From NCBI RefSeq assembly GCF_002075285.3, contig NZ_CP021983.2:270001-302000 (forward strand): DNA of 32,000 bases. The letters run 5' to 3'. The position numbers and the translations under genes are program-made. Position 1 is the first letter of the stretch; each line of letters opens with the position of its first letter. This document shows, piece after piece, positions 8,252 through 17,850 of this stretch. Under the pieces are notes generated by a model, which was not told the DNA's origin, did no database searches, and saw only the letters and a program-made list of their open reading frames with translations. The stretch is from Halomicronema hongdechloris C2206. Its GTDB lineage: Bacteria > Cyanobacteriota > Cyanobacteriia > Phormidesmidales > Phormidesmidaceae.

Positions 8252-8926
8252 TCAGTCGCGCAGGACGTAACCGACGCCCCGGACGGTCTGAATCAGCCGT
8301 TTTTCGTCTTCTGCTTCTAACTTCAGCCGTAGATAGCGAATATATACCTCGATGATGTTGGAGTCTCCCATGAAGTCGTAGCCCCAGACTTCTTCTAAGA
8401 TGCGATCGCGAGTCAGCACCTGCTTGGGATGGACCATGAGGAACTCGAGAAGATCGAATTCCTTAGCCGTTAGCTCAATGGAGCGCTGCCCCCGCGATAC
8501 TTCCCGGGTTTTACGATTCAGGATCAAATCTGAAAATTGCAGCATGTCAGCATCTTGGGGCTGAATTCGCCGCAAATGGGCCCGTACCCGAGCCAAGAGT
8601 TCTTCGATGCTGAAGGGCTTGACCACATAATCGTCGGCACCAGCATCGAGGCCTTCGACCCGATCCCCGATGTCATCCTTAGCGGTCAATAGAATTACGG
8701 GCACTTGGGAGCCGGTGGCGCGCAAGCGACGGCAGACTTCAACGCCACTCAAGCCCGGCATCAGCCAATCGAGAATGATTAAATCAGGGTCTTGATCTCG
8801 AGCCGCCATTAATCCAGCTAAGCCATCATTGGCCACAGTCACCTCGTAGCCCTCATAGCTGAGCTCGAGCTCTACAAACTTGGCCAGCTTCTCTTCGTCT
8901 TCCACGATCAAAATTCGAGGTGCCAT
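8252..8926 (-). CDS. OmpR/PhoB-family response regulator
   Basis: Receiver domain (ILIVEDEE, DLIILDWLMPGLSG, ILLTAKD, DDYVVKPF) plus a winged-helix output domain (LTAKEFDLLEFLM...VLTRDRILEEVWGYD...NIIEVYIRYLRLKL...IQTVRGVGYVL). Confidence 0.95.
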   Translation of the reverse strand: MAPRILIVEDEEKLAKFVELELSYEGYEVTVANDGLAGLMAARDQDPDLIILDWLMPGLSGVEVCRRLRATGSQVPVILLTAKDDIGDRVEGLDAGADDYVVKPFSIEELLARVRAHLRRIQPQDADMLQFSDLILNRKTREVSRGQRSIELTAKEFDLLEFLMVHPKQVLTRDRILEEVWGYDFMGDSNIIEVYIRYLRLKLEAEDEKRLIQTVRGVGYVLRD

Positions 8927-8933
8927 ATCCCTC

Positions 8934-10442
8934 CTATGCCGGTAAGCTAACTGAGAAAACGCTACCTTCTCCTAGGGTGGAGCTGACGACAATGTGTCCT
9001 TGCATCGTCTCTACCAATTGCTTAACGATGGAGAGGCCCAAGCCAGTGCCTCCCGTGGCGCGAGAGCGATCAACATCCACGCGATAAAACGGGTCAAAGA
9101 TGTGGGGCTGATCTGCCTCAGGAATGCCGCGACCGCGATCGCATACCTGTATGATGGCCCAATTTGCCTGTTGCTGCAGTCTCAGGATTACTGGTTGTTT
9201 GGGCTCAGAATAGCGAATGGCGTTGTCAATCAGATGGATCAGCACCTGCTTTAAGCACTGTCTATCGGCCTGTACGATGACCGGGGCCGTCTCAATATCG
9301 ACGATGATTCGTTCTTGGTAGGTCGGGGTTAGGATAGCCACTTCTAACAGAACCGCCTTGAGATCAAAGGCCTCTAGCGTAATGTGCCGTTGACCGCTAT
9401 TGAGGCGGGCCCAGTCCAGCAGATCTTGCAATACCTGAATCGTGCGATCGGCTTCAGCCGCTGCAATTTCCAACCCCTCGCGTTGGGAATCGCTCAAGGT
9501 TTGGCAGCGACGCAGGGTACTCTGCAGGTAGCCCTGCACCAAGGTCAGGGGTGTGCGCAATTCGTGGGACACATCACTGAGAAAGCGACGTTGTTGCTCC
9601 CAGGCAATGGCCAGACGCCCCAGCATGCGGTCAAAGGACTGAGAGAGCTCTTTCACTTCCGTAGGCGCTTGCCTCAGAGTGAGGTGAGTCTGGGCCAAGT
9701 TATCAGCCGAGACCGAGGTGGCCAATTGATTCAACTGACAAATAGGTGCTAGAGACCGTTGCACATACAGGGCAATCCAAACAGCTAGTACCACAATCAT
9801 GACCCCACTAGTCAGGGCAAGATTGCGACTCAGGGTTAGAAAACTGAGCTGATCTTGGGTAATTTCATCGGCGACATAGAGGGTGCCTAGCAATGAATTA
9901 TCGAGTCTCAGGGGGCTACTACAAATCACCAAGTAGCGGTCTTGTAGATGATAGGTGGACGTGCCGGTTGCTTGGGTCAGGGATAGCAGCTGTTGGGTGA
10001 CCCCCGTTTCTTGCCAGGATCCCATTTCCAAGATGTCGGATTGGGCTATTACCTGACCATTGGGAAGCTTAATCCAGAGGGCCATGTCTGCTGTGGTGCG
10101 GTAGTCGATCACCTTCTCTAAGGCCGCTTGAGTTGGCATGATGCCTTGATACAGCTCAACATCTTGATCGAACCGCTCGGCAATCGTCTCAGTCTTGCGT
10201 TTGTGACTCTCCAATAAAATTTGCTGCATCCGCCAGCCCATCCAGCCAGCTACACCACCGATGCCGATGGCCGAGGCCAACACCACACCCAAGGTCAATC
10301 GCATCCGGATTGAGTTGGGATCGAGAAAGTGATGCAGTGTGTTTAGCACCGATACCCGAAAAGGCATAGGGAATGGAATAGGGTTACTGACCGTGACTGT
10401 AGCAAGAGAACCTGAGAAGAGCCTGATAGGACATCTCATCAA
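8934..10442 (-). CDS. Sensor histidine kinase (2 TM + periplasmic loop, HAMP, HisKA, HATPase_c)
   Basis: H-box FLSDVSHELRTPLTLVQGY, N-box LIHLIDNAIRYS, G1 VCDRGRGIP and G2 GGTGLGLSIVKQL. Its stop lies 7 nt upstream of the response regulator start. The true start may be the internal Met at 10367. Confidence 0.95.
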   Translation of the reverse strand: MMRCPIRLFSGSLATVTVSNPIPFPMPFRVSVLNTLHHFLDPNSIRMRLTLGVVLASAIGIGGVAGWMGWRMQQILLESHKRKTETIAERFDQDVELYQGIMPTQAALEKVIDYRTTADMALWIKLPNGQVIAQSDILEMGSWQETGVTQQLLSLTQATGTSTYHLQDRYLVICSSPLRLDNSLLGTLYVADEITQDQLSFLTLSRNLALTSGVMIVVLAVWIALYVQRSLAPICQLNQLATSVSADNLAQTHLTLRQAPTEVKELSQSFDRMLGRLAIAWEQQRRFLSDVSHELRTPLTLVQGYLQSTLRRCQTLSDSQREGLEIAAAEADRTIQVLQDLLDWARLNSGQRHITLEAFDLKAVLLEVAILTPTYQERIIVDIETAPVIVQADRQCLKQVLIHLIDNAIRYSEPKQPVILRLQQQANWAIIQVCDRGRGIPEADQPHIFDPFYRVDVDRSRATGGTGLGLSIVKQLVETMQGHIVVSSTLGEGSVFSVSLPA

Positions 10443-10661
10443 AACAATAGTGCCTTCTCAGGGAAATTTCAGATGGCCGGGCTTAAATAAAGCGTGGTCG
10501 AGTATGGCTGGTTGAGTCTGTTGGCAACAGGGGAGCACGGTCGCCTCAATGCGCTGGCACGGGCTCAAACCCAGCAAGACCTGGCAGGGATGATCCCATG
10601 AGGGTCTCTGTCGATAGCCCGCGATTTTAGATAGTGTCTTAAACCGCCATCCCTATTTGCT

Positions 10662-11459
10662 ATGTCTACCCGAGCCAGACGTTTTCGTGCCCGTAATAGA
10701 ATGCTCAAGCTGAGCCTCTTGACGATGATCAGTACTGTGTTGATGGTGCAGGGGTCAGCCCTGGCCCAGGAAGCTACTCGCGATGCTTCTGTGTTGGAAC
10801 GACTGCAGATGGGGCTAGTGGATGCCCTGAGTTGGATCAATGGCTTGGGGCCGGTGGCGCCTCTGGTGTTTATTTTGCTCTACGTCATTGTGACGGTGGC
10901 CTTTTTGCCCGGATCCATCATTACCTTGGGCGCCGGAGTGGTCTTTGGTGTGGTGCAGGGGTCTCTCTATGTCTTCGTGGGGGCATCTCTAGGGGCCACC
11001 GCTGCCTTTTTAGTGGGGCGCTATCTGGCCCGGGGGTGGGTAGCCCAGAAAATCTCAGGCAATCCCAAATTTAATGCTATTGATGGGGCGATTGGCCGAG
11101 AAGGCCTGAAAATCGTCGTTTTACTGCGCCTGTCCCCCGTCTTTCCCTTCAACTTGCTGAATTATGCCCTAGGACTGACGCGGGTGTCCCTGAAGGATTA
11201 TGTGCTGGGTAATCTTGGCATGATTCCCGGCACCATCATGTATGTGTATTTAGGATCTCTGGTGGGGAACTTGGCGACGCTGGGGACTGGCCAGGCTACC
11301 GATAGCCCCCAGGCGGAGATGATTCAGTGGATCATTCGGGTTGTGGGTCTCTTTGCCACGGTGGCGGTAACCCTCTATGTCACCCGGATTGCCCGTAAGG
11401 CATTGCAAGAGTCCTTGCCGGATCAACCTGAGCCAGTGACCGAGTCTAACCGTCCCTGA
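10662..11459 (+). CDS. TVP38/TMEM64-family (DedA superfamily) membrane protein, paralogue 2
   Basis: PLVFILLYVIVTVAFLPGSIITLGAGVVFG...GASLGATAAFLVGRYLARGWV...LLRLSPVFPFNLLNYALGLTRVSLKDYVLG. Confidence 0.85.
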   Translation: MSTRARRFRARNRMLKLSLLTMISTVLMVQGSALAQEATRDASVLERLQMGLVDALSWINGLGPVAPLVFILLYVIVTVAFLPGSIITLGAGVVFGVVQGSLYVFVGASLGATAAFLVGRYLARGWVAQKISGNPKFNAIDGAIGREGLKIVVLLRLSPVFPFNLLNYALGLTRVSLKDYVLGNLGMIPGTIMYVYLGSLVGNLATLGTGQATDSPQAEMIQWIIRVVGLFATVAVTLYVTRIARKALQESLPDQPEPVTESNRP

Positions 11460-11474
11460 GATGGACTGACATCG

Positions 11475-12140
11475 GTGTCGAGAGGGCCTATGGGGCTGAA
11501 GCACCTACGGTTTTGGGGGCTCTTGGTCGTGACGGCCCTGGTGATTGTGGGCTGGACGGTGGCTCCAGAGTGGCTGGATCAGGCCCAGTTGGTGCGGTTT
11601 ATCTGTGGCTTGGGGCCCTGGCGGGAAGCCGGGTTTGTCTTGGCCCATGTGATTGCTACCCCCTTAGGGTTGCCCGGGGCTCTGCTAGTGGTGGTGGGCG
11701 GTATGATCTTCGGCGTAGTCTGGGGCACCCTTTGGTCGGCCCTAGGGGCTACTTTAGGTGCGATCGCATCGTTTCTACTGGTCCGCTACTGGTTGCATGA
11801 CTGGTGTAAACACTACCTTGAGCGTCATCCCAAGTTACGCCGGCTAAATTGCCGTCTCTGCAATCGGCCGCTGCGCTATGTGTTGGCGGTGCGATTGGTG
11901 CCCATTTCTCCCTTTAACGTGGTTAACTTTCTCTTTGGTCTCACTTCTATCCCCCTCAGGACCTATGTCCTGGGCACTGGCCTGGGGATCTTACCGGGGA
12001 CGTTGATCTATACCTGGTTGGGACATGCTGGTCGGCAAGCCCTGACCGCGGGGCGCTGGGGGTCCCTGTTATTAGCCCTGGCTGCCCTCGTCTTACTTGG
12101 CGGGCTGTCGATTTTGAGCAAGTCCCGACGCTCCCCCTAG
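11475..12140 (+). CDS. TVP38/TMEM64-family (DedA superfamily) membrane protein, paralogue 3 (tandem to paralogue 2)
   Basis: GFVLAHVIATPLGLPGALLVVVGGMIFG...GATLGAIASFLLVRYWL...VRLVPISPFNVVNFLFGLTSIPLRTYVLG. Start is GTG 11475 or ATG 11490, only 15-30 nt after the preceding paralogue. Confidence 0.85.
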   Translation: MSRGPMGLKHLRFWGLLVVTALVIVGWTVAPEWLDQAQLVRFICGLGPWREAGFVLAHVIATPLGLPGALLVVVGGMIFGVVWGTLWSALGATLGAIASFLLVRYWLHDWCKHYLERHPKLRRLNCRLCNRPLRYVLAVRLVPISPFNVVNFLFGLTSIPLRTYVLGTGLGILPGTLIYTWLGHAGRQALTAGRWGSLLLALAALVLLGGLSILSKSRRSP

Positions 12141-12167
12141 GAATCTGTTATCTATGGTGGGGGACCA

Positions 12168-13817
12168 TTGCTGAGGAAGGCAGACATGGGCAGGGGCCGC
12201 AGAAGTCATCGTTGGCGGTACTGGCAGTTGGCCCTGATGGCCATCTTAATGGCGTTGAGCTTGACCTTGGGGATGCCAGATAGCTCCAGCTATGGGCAAC
12301 CAGAGGAGATTCCGACTGAGACGGTCGTGGTGGATGGTCGCCCCTTGTTTCAGGTGACTAAGGCCGATCCGATCAATGCCCAGGAACGGGCCGAGACCAT
12401 CAACGAAGAATTGGCGGATTGGGTCACCAGTGATGAGTCCATAGACGTGGAGTGGGAGCTGCGTAACGGACTGCCGGTGATCTTGATCAATGATCGGTAT
12501 CTGATGACGGTCAATCAGACCGATGCCGAGGTGGGGGGAGAACCCTCAGTCACAGAGCAGGCCATTACCTGGCAGATACAGTTGGAGCAGGCCCTGCAGC
12601 AGGCTCAGGAAGAACGTAGCCAGGAGTTTGTCTGGCGCGCCCTGGTGGCGTCCCTGATCGTACTCTTGGCCACGGCATTGCTGCATCGAGCCTTGGGCTA
12701 CTTCTGGCGCCATACCCTACGCCCTCTGATGCAAAGTCTAACCCTGGCTGACCAAGGACCGGAGGAGCGCACCGGCATCAATGTATTTCTGCGGTTTAGT
12801 TTGTTTCTGGTGCGGTTGGGGCTGTGGGGCGGTGCTCTTTTTTATGTCACTAACCGTTTTCCCCTGACTCGCCGTTGGAGTTATCTGGTCTTCGAAGGGA
12901 TCGTCGATGGCTTTATTACCCGCAACTTACAGCTGGGGGATAAGGCTTTTTCTATCCTCGATCTACTGGTTCTGATGGGGCTGTTGCTAGCCCTGGTGTT
13001 GGTTTCGAGCACCGTCACCAATCTGTTGCGATCGCGAGTGCTGCATGTCACCGGCATCAACCGGGGCGCTCAAGAGGCAGTGGCGATTCTAGTCAAGTAC
13101 AGCTTGATTTTTATCGGCACCGTCGTCATTTTGCAGGTGTGGGGGCTAGATTTGAGCTCCCTGGCGTTGATCGCCAGTGCCCTGGGGGTGGGGATTGGCT
13201 TGGGGCTGCAAAATATTGCCAAGGACTTCGGTAGCGGTCTGGTGCTGGTATTTGAACGGCCGATTCAGGTGGGAGAATTCGTGGAATTCGGAGAATTTAA
13301 GGGCACGGTAGAGCGCATCGGCGCCCGCAGCACCGAGATCAAAACCCTGGATCAGGTCTCTATCATCGTGCCCAACTCCCGTTTCCTGGAGCAAGAGGTG
13401 ATCAACTGGAGTCACCGCAACCCCACCTCTCGCATTCGACTACCGGTGGGAGTGGCCTATGCCAGCGATCCCCAGGCTGTGCGTCAAGCCCTGATGGAGG
13501 CCAGCCATCGCCATCCTGGTGTGCTGTCGACCCCGCCACCCCAGGTGTTTTTTGGCGGCTTCGGTGACAGCGCCCTGGAGTTTGAATTGCTGGTGTGGAT
13601 TCGGGATCCTAGCCAGCAATTGCTGATTAGGAGTGATCTCTATTTCGCCATTGAAACTGCCCTACGTCGGCACAATATTGAAATTCCCTTTCCCCAGCGG
13701 GATCTACACCTGCGCACCGGGTCTTTGCCGGTCGATCTCTCGCCGGAAATGCGGCAGTGGCTGGCTGGGTGGGCTAGCCGTAGCAATGGAGACCGGGGGT
13801 CGGGTAAGCCAGGATAA
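12168..13817 (+). CDS. MscS-family mechanosensitive channel with an N-terminal periplasmic extension
   Basis: MscS core ALGVGIGLGLQNIAKDFGSGLVLVFERPIQVGEFVEFGEFKGTVERIGARSTEIKTLDQVSIIVPNSRFLEQEVINWS, followed by the C-terminal alpha/beta domain. The likely start is ATG 12186. Confidence 0.9.
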   Translation: MLRKADMGRGRRSHRWRYWQLALMAILMALSLTLGMPDSSSYGQPEEIPTETVVVDGRPLFQVTKADPINAQERAETINEELADWVTSDESIDVEWELRNGLPVILINDRYLMTVNQTDAEVGGEPSVTEQAITWQIQLEQALQQAQEERSQEFVWRALVASLIVLLATALLHRALGYFWRHTLRPLMQSLTLADQGPEERTGINVFLRFSLFLVRLGLWGGALFYVTNRFPLTRRWSYLVFEGIVDGFITRNLQLGDKAFSILDLLVLMGLLLALVLVSSTVTNLLRSRVLHVTGINRGAQEAVAILVKYSLIFIGTVVILQVWGLDLSSLALIASALGVGIGLGLQNIAKDFGSGLVLVFERPIQVGEFVEFGEFKGTVERIGARSTEIKTLDQVSIIVPNSRFLEQEVINWSHRNPTSRIRLPVGVAYASDPQAVRQALMEASHRHPGVLSTPPPQVFFGGFGDSALEFELLVWIRDPSQQLLIRSDLYFAIETALRRHNIEIPFPQRDLHLRTGSLPVDLSPEMRQWLAGWASRSNGDRGSGKPG

Positions 13818-13921
13818 TCTCCGGGACACTAGAGATGAAGATTGGGGAGATTTGGTGGGTTTTTGGCAAGATTCAGTACTATTTTGAGTAGGCTATACCA
13901 AGACTCCGAGCGTTAACCCCC

Positions 13922-14995
13922 ATGAAACACTCTGTCATGCGATCGCATCATCCCTGGCCCTCGGGTCGAGTCCTGTCGCTGCTATCGCTAAGTACCCTGA
14001 TCGTCTTACCGACGCCCCTGGCCAGAGCCAGCCAGGCCTATGACTCTGTGGCCACTACCTCTGCTGAGACAGCGTCATACTATCTAGCCCAGGCAGTACC
14101 TCAGACCATCCTTTTATTTGAGACTCCAACTTACTCAGTGCGTGTCTTCCAGCGCAACGACCGCACCTTCATGAATGTCCACAACCGCCGCACCAACGTC
14201 ACCGAACAAAGTGGCGCCGCCGCCGACGTCGATCTCAACCAAACCACTGAGGGGAACTGGGTCAACTACACCAGCTTTGGCAATCGCGATGGCCAAGCCG
14301 TCGCCTACACGGCTCGGGTCAGTCGCAACCGAGACACCCAACTGCGCATCGTCGGCCTCAATGGGGAAGAGCTAGTTGAGGAAGACGGCCAATCCGTGCG
14401 CCAATTCGACATTGCCGAGATTCCCTTCGGTCAGGAGCGTCTGGGGGAGTCCAACCGCAATAATGTCTTGGCCTTCGAGACCGAGACCTACGCCACCCGG
14501 GTCTTCCGCCGGGAAGATAAGTACTTCATGAACCTATACATTCGTGAGACTGGTCAGACGAGACTGAATGGTGCTCCGGCCGAGTTAGCGCAGCCTCGCG
14601 GCCCTAACGATGATCGCATCAGCTATGTCAGTGGCGGCAGCAGTGATGGTCGACCCGTCAAGTATTTTGTGCATTTGCAGCCCAATGGTCGGGGGATTGT
14701 CGAAATGGTCGACCTCAACGGTGAGGTCATCTTTCGGGAAGCCAATATCACTCGTGTGACTGAAAATATCCCGGCTGAGGATGCCCCCTACGTAGTCGCT
14801 GTCTTCGGTGACGACGACACCCTCACCCGAGTCAAAACCTTTTATCCAGAGGCGTCCTTCGAGAGAAGTGATCTAGGCACCTTCATTAACGTCGGCGACT
14901 TCCGTAATCGGGACTCGGCCATGGCTCGGGTGTTTGATCTGCGGGGGCAGGGGTTCGAGAGTCGCCTCCTCTATCGGCGGGTAAATTACCGCTAA
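13922..14995 (+). CDS. Secreted protein with two tandem ~92-aa repeats and a SPOR-like C-terminal domain
   Basis: Signal peptide ...LSLSTLIVLPTPLARASQA. Repeat 1 (~14108-14383) is ILLFETPTYSVRVFQRNDRTFMNVHNRRT...LRIVGLNGEELVEE. Repeat 2 (~14465-14740) is VLAFETETYATRVFRREDKYFMNLYIRET...VEMVDLNGEVIFRE. The C-terminus YVVAVFGDDDTLTRVKTFYPEASFERSDLGTFINVGDFRNRDSAMARVFDLRGQGFESRL fits a SPOR-like beta-alpha-beta-beta pattern; this is inference. Confidence 0.75.
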   Translation: MKHSVMRSHHPWPSGRVLSLLSLSTLIVLPTPLARASQAYDSVATTSAETASYYLAQAVPQTILLFETPTYSVRVFQRNDRTFMNVHNRRTNVTEQSGAAADVDLNQTTEGNWVNYTSFGNRDGQAVAYTARVSRNRDTQLRIVGLNGEELVEEDGQSVRQFDIAEIPFGQERLGESNRNNVLAFETETYATRVFRREDKYFMNLYIRETGQTRLNGAPAELAQPRGPNDDRISYVSGGSSDGRPVKYFVHLQPNGRGIVEMVDLNGEVIFREANITRVTENIPAEDAPYVVAVFGDDDTLTRVKTFYPEASFERSDLGTFINVGDFRNRDSAMARVFDLRGQGFESRLLYRRVNYR

Positions 14996-15000
14996 GAGTA

Positions 15001-15092
15001 TTCCAGCTAAGAAAAGTGTCCTGTGATCTAGGCGATTGACCTCAGCCTATCTAGGCTATTCAGCCAGCCCTCGGACGAGTATTTAGCTGGAA
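15001..15092. repeat. 92-bp intergenic element bounded by a perfect 10-bp inverted repeat (TTCCAGCTAA ... TTAGCTGGAA)
   Basis: Arms at 15001-15010 and 15083-15092. Each is preceded by GAGTAT (14996-15001 and 15077-15082). There is an internal 12-bp direct repeat ATCTAGGC(G/T)ATT at 15026-15037 and 15049-15060. The element fills the whole gap between two convergent genes. Confidence 0.6.
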
Positions 15093-15096
15093 CATT

Positions 15097-17850
15097 TTAA
15101 AGCCGCTCCAGCAACACAGTCAGCCCGGCTACATCGACTACCAGCAACTCTCCCAGCTCCAGTAAAGGCCGCAGGGCCAGGCGACGAGTGGTGGATAGGG
15201 ATTTAGCTAGGGCACTGGGAGCCACGTTAGTGGTAGGAGCAACTGAGAGTCCTAGTTCCGGCAGAATTACTGTTTGCAGATATTGGTAATAGCGTTCCTG
15301 GGCTCGCTCCAACGATATTCCCATGCCCAGGGTAGAGCCTAGCTGAATTAAGCGAGCCAGCCACTCCCGGTAGCCGGTGATGGTCTCCGGTTTCGTGGTT
15401 TGCAACAGCGTCTCTAGGGTACGCAGAATCACGCGCTCCAGCAGTGGCCGAGCCGTGGCCAGGGACAGTTGGCAGTGGAAATGCTGGGCTTCATTGGCCA
15501 GGCTCTCGAGTTCGCTAAGATGTTCGGCGCTTCGCTGCCAGGGTTCCCCGTCGGGATCACTGGTCTCTCGATCTAAGACTCGCAGTCCCTCTAGGGCCCG
15601 CTGACTGAGGGTAATATCGGCGGCCACTTGCAGTTCTTGGGGCACCGGTAGATGATCGCGATGGAAGGCCTTGAGAATGCCATAGTTGTCGCGATAGACG
15701 TGGGTATAGAGCTGATCTAATCGCAGCAAGGTTTCCTGACTCAGCAGCCCCATCAGGCGGTGGCGTTCATCGGCGACTAGATCCTGCAAGCTATAGAACC
15801 GTTGCCCAAAGACCCGGTTGATGGCCAATACGGTCTGGGCGGCACTGGCCTGGCTCAGGGCGGCGAATACAGCCTCTTTGGCCCGGCTGTAGGCGAGTCG
15901 GGAGCGGAAAGGGCGCAGACTACAGTGAAAATCCCAGCTACCCATGTGCAGGGCGGCAAACCCGACCTCTAGGGTCTCCTGGGTAATAGTGGAGACCAGG
16001 GATAGCTGTCCCACGGCCAGGGACAGGGGACCCATACGCTGCAATTGATAGTCCTGTTGCTGGATGGTGTAGCAAAACAGCTGATGCTCCCGGCTATAGG
16101 GGGTAAATAGGGAACTGATGGCATATTGGGCCGCCACCTGTTCCAAGGTAATGCGGGAGGGCATGACCAGCTGGCGGTAGATGCCAGCCCCGTTGCCAAA
16201 TAGAGCTATATTGCTAGGAGCCAGTTCTAGCCGTTGGATGAAGGTTTGTTCTAATTCCAGGCCGGCGGCGTCTCCAGCCAGCTCTAAGGCCCGGGCGGCA
16301 TAGCGCAGGATTTGAGTGCCTTCGGGGCGGGAGAGCTCTTCGAAGAACCAGCCGCAACTGGTGTACATGAGCAGGGCGTGGCGCTGCATTTCCAGCAGGC
16401 GTAGGGCGTCGATCTGCTCTGCCGCCGTCAGAGGATGGCTCTGATGGGCGTCCAGAAAACGCTTGATCTGGGTTGGGGGGCGATGGCCCTGCGGGGCCGG
16501 TCTAGCCCCTCTGGGGTGGCTTTGCCAATGACCATCGCACAGCACCGTGCCATACTCATCCCGAGCGGCCCAGGGATCCTGCAGCAGTTCGCCGCCACGG
16601 CTCTCGAACACCTCAATCAGTTGATCCCGCAGCCAATCTAGGGCCTGGCGCAGGGGATAACGCCACTGCTGGTGCCACTCGCCGCCGCCACCGCAGCCAC
16701 AATCACTTTGCCAGCGATCGACCCCGTGGGAGCAGCTCCAGGCAGTCACGGGCTTGAGCTCTACTTCCCAGGTAGGGGGATAGAGGCTGAGGTAGTGGGC
16801 AAAATTGGTGACGGTCCAGCCGTGCTGGGCCATCTCGGTGGTGACGGCATAGGCCAGAGTTTTCTCAGCCCCACCGCGATGGTGGCCAAAGGTTTCGCCA
16901 TCGGTGGCCACCGAGATCACCTGGGCCAGACGATGATCCCCGCGCACCGCTTGTCCCAGGCGACCGGCTAGCAGTTGTGAGGAGGTGAGAGCGTCACTGA
17001 AGCCCATGTCCCGGGAGATGGGACCGTCGTAGAAGAAGATGTCAATGTAGCGGTTGGGATCGGCATGGCCATCGGCCTGCCTCAGGAAACAGCGGTAGGG
17101 CCGGGTGGGATCAATCTGGCCGCCCCCGACTTCGTGCCAGCCACTGGCGCCGTTGCTCTCCACCAGGGGGCGGCAGCGCTGGGCCTGAGAAGGGGCCAGG
17201 ATGATGAAGCGAATGCCCTCATCCACTAAGACATCCAGGGTGGGGTAGTCGACGGCGGTTTCGGCCAGCCACAGGCCCTCGGGGTCACGGCCGAAGCGGG
17301 TGATGAAATCGATCTTGCCCCAGCGCACCTGGGTGACTTTGTCGCGGTGGTTGGCCAAGGGCAAAATGATGTGGTTATAGACCTGTGCGATCGCATTGCC
17401 GTGGCCATTGAAGCGCTCGCAACTGCGCCGATCCGCCTCTAGGATACGCTGATAGGTCTCGGTATCGTAGCGCTCCATCCAGCTCAACAGGGTTGGCCCC
17501 ATGTTGAAGCTGATGTACTCATAGTTGTTGACGATGCGAATGACTTCGCCGCGATCGTTCAGAATGCGAGCAAAGGCATTGGGGCGATAGCATTCGTAGT
17601 GAATCCGTTCATTCCAATCATGAAAGGGAGCGGCTCCAGGCTGCCGCTCAATCATATCCAGGTAAGGGTTTTCCCGGGGGGGCTGATAAAAATGGCCATG
17701 GATACAGATGTAGACGCCAGTCGTCGTTGATGCGGCAGCCTCCCAGGCGGTTTCAGGGTCATGGGTCGGCGGAGAGAGTGACGACGGACGCACGGACAAA
17801 TGGGAATCAGCCATAGAGCAGTACTCATCAAACGCGAACGCTGAGGCCAT
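15097..17850 (-). CDS. Glycoside hydrolase family 57 protein with a long C-terminal extension (DUF3536-type)
   Basis: GH57 N-terminal signature YICIHGHFYQPPRENPYLDMIERQ...PFHDWNERIHYECYRPN...NYEYISFNMGPTLLSWM, then later DGETFGHH. The 917-aa length matches the large cyanobacterial GH57 enzymes. The start may be the Met at 17814. Confidence 0.9.
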   Translation of the reverse strand: MASAFAFDEYCSMADSHLSVRPSSLSPPTHDPETAWEAAASTTTGVYICIHGHFYQPPRENPYLDMIERQPGAAPFHDWNERIHYECYRPNAFARILNDRGEVIRIVNNYEYISFNMGPTLLSWMERYDTETYQRILEADRRSCERFNGHGNAIAQVYNHIILPLANHRDKVTQVRWGKIDFITRFGRDPEGLWLAETAVDYPTLDVLVDEGIRFIILAPSQAQRCRPLVESNGASGWHEVGGGQIDPTRPYRCFLRQADGHADPNRYIDIFFYDGPISRDMGFSDALTSSQLLAGRLGQAVRGDHRLAQVISVATDGETFGHHRGGAEKTLAYAVTTEMAQHGWTVTNFAHYLSLYPPTWEVELKPVTAWSCSHGVDRWQSDCGCGGGGEWHQQWRYPLRQALDWLRDQLIEVFESRGGELLQDPWAARDEYGTVLCDGHWQSHPRGARPAPQGHRPPTQIKRFLDAHQSHPLTAAEQIDALRLLEMQRHALLMYTSCGWFFEELSRPEGTQILRYAARALELAGDAAGLELEQTFIQRLELAPSNIALFGNGAGIYRQLVMPSRITLEQVAAQYAISSLFTPYSREHQLFCYTIQQQDYQLQRMGPLSLAVGQLSLVSTITQETLEVGFAALHMGSWDFHCSLRPFRSRLAYSRAKEAVFAALSQASAAQTVLAINRVFGQRFYSLQDLVADERHRLMGLLSQETLLRLDQLYTHVYRDNYGILKAFHRDHLPVPQELQVAADITLSQRALEGLRVLDRETSDPDGEPWQRSAEHLSELESLANEAQHFHCQLSLATARPLLERVILRTLETLLQTTKPETITGYREWLARLIQLGSTLGMGISLERAQERYYQYLQTVILPELGLSVAPTTNVAPSALAKSLSTTRRLALRPLLELGELLVVDVAGLTVLLERL

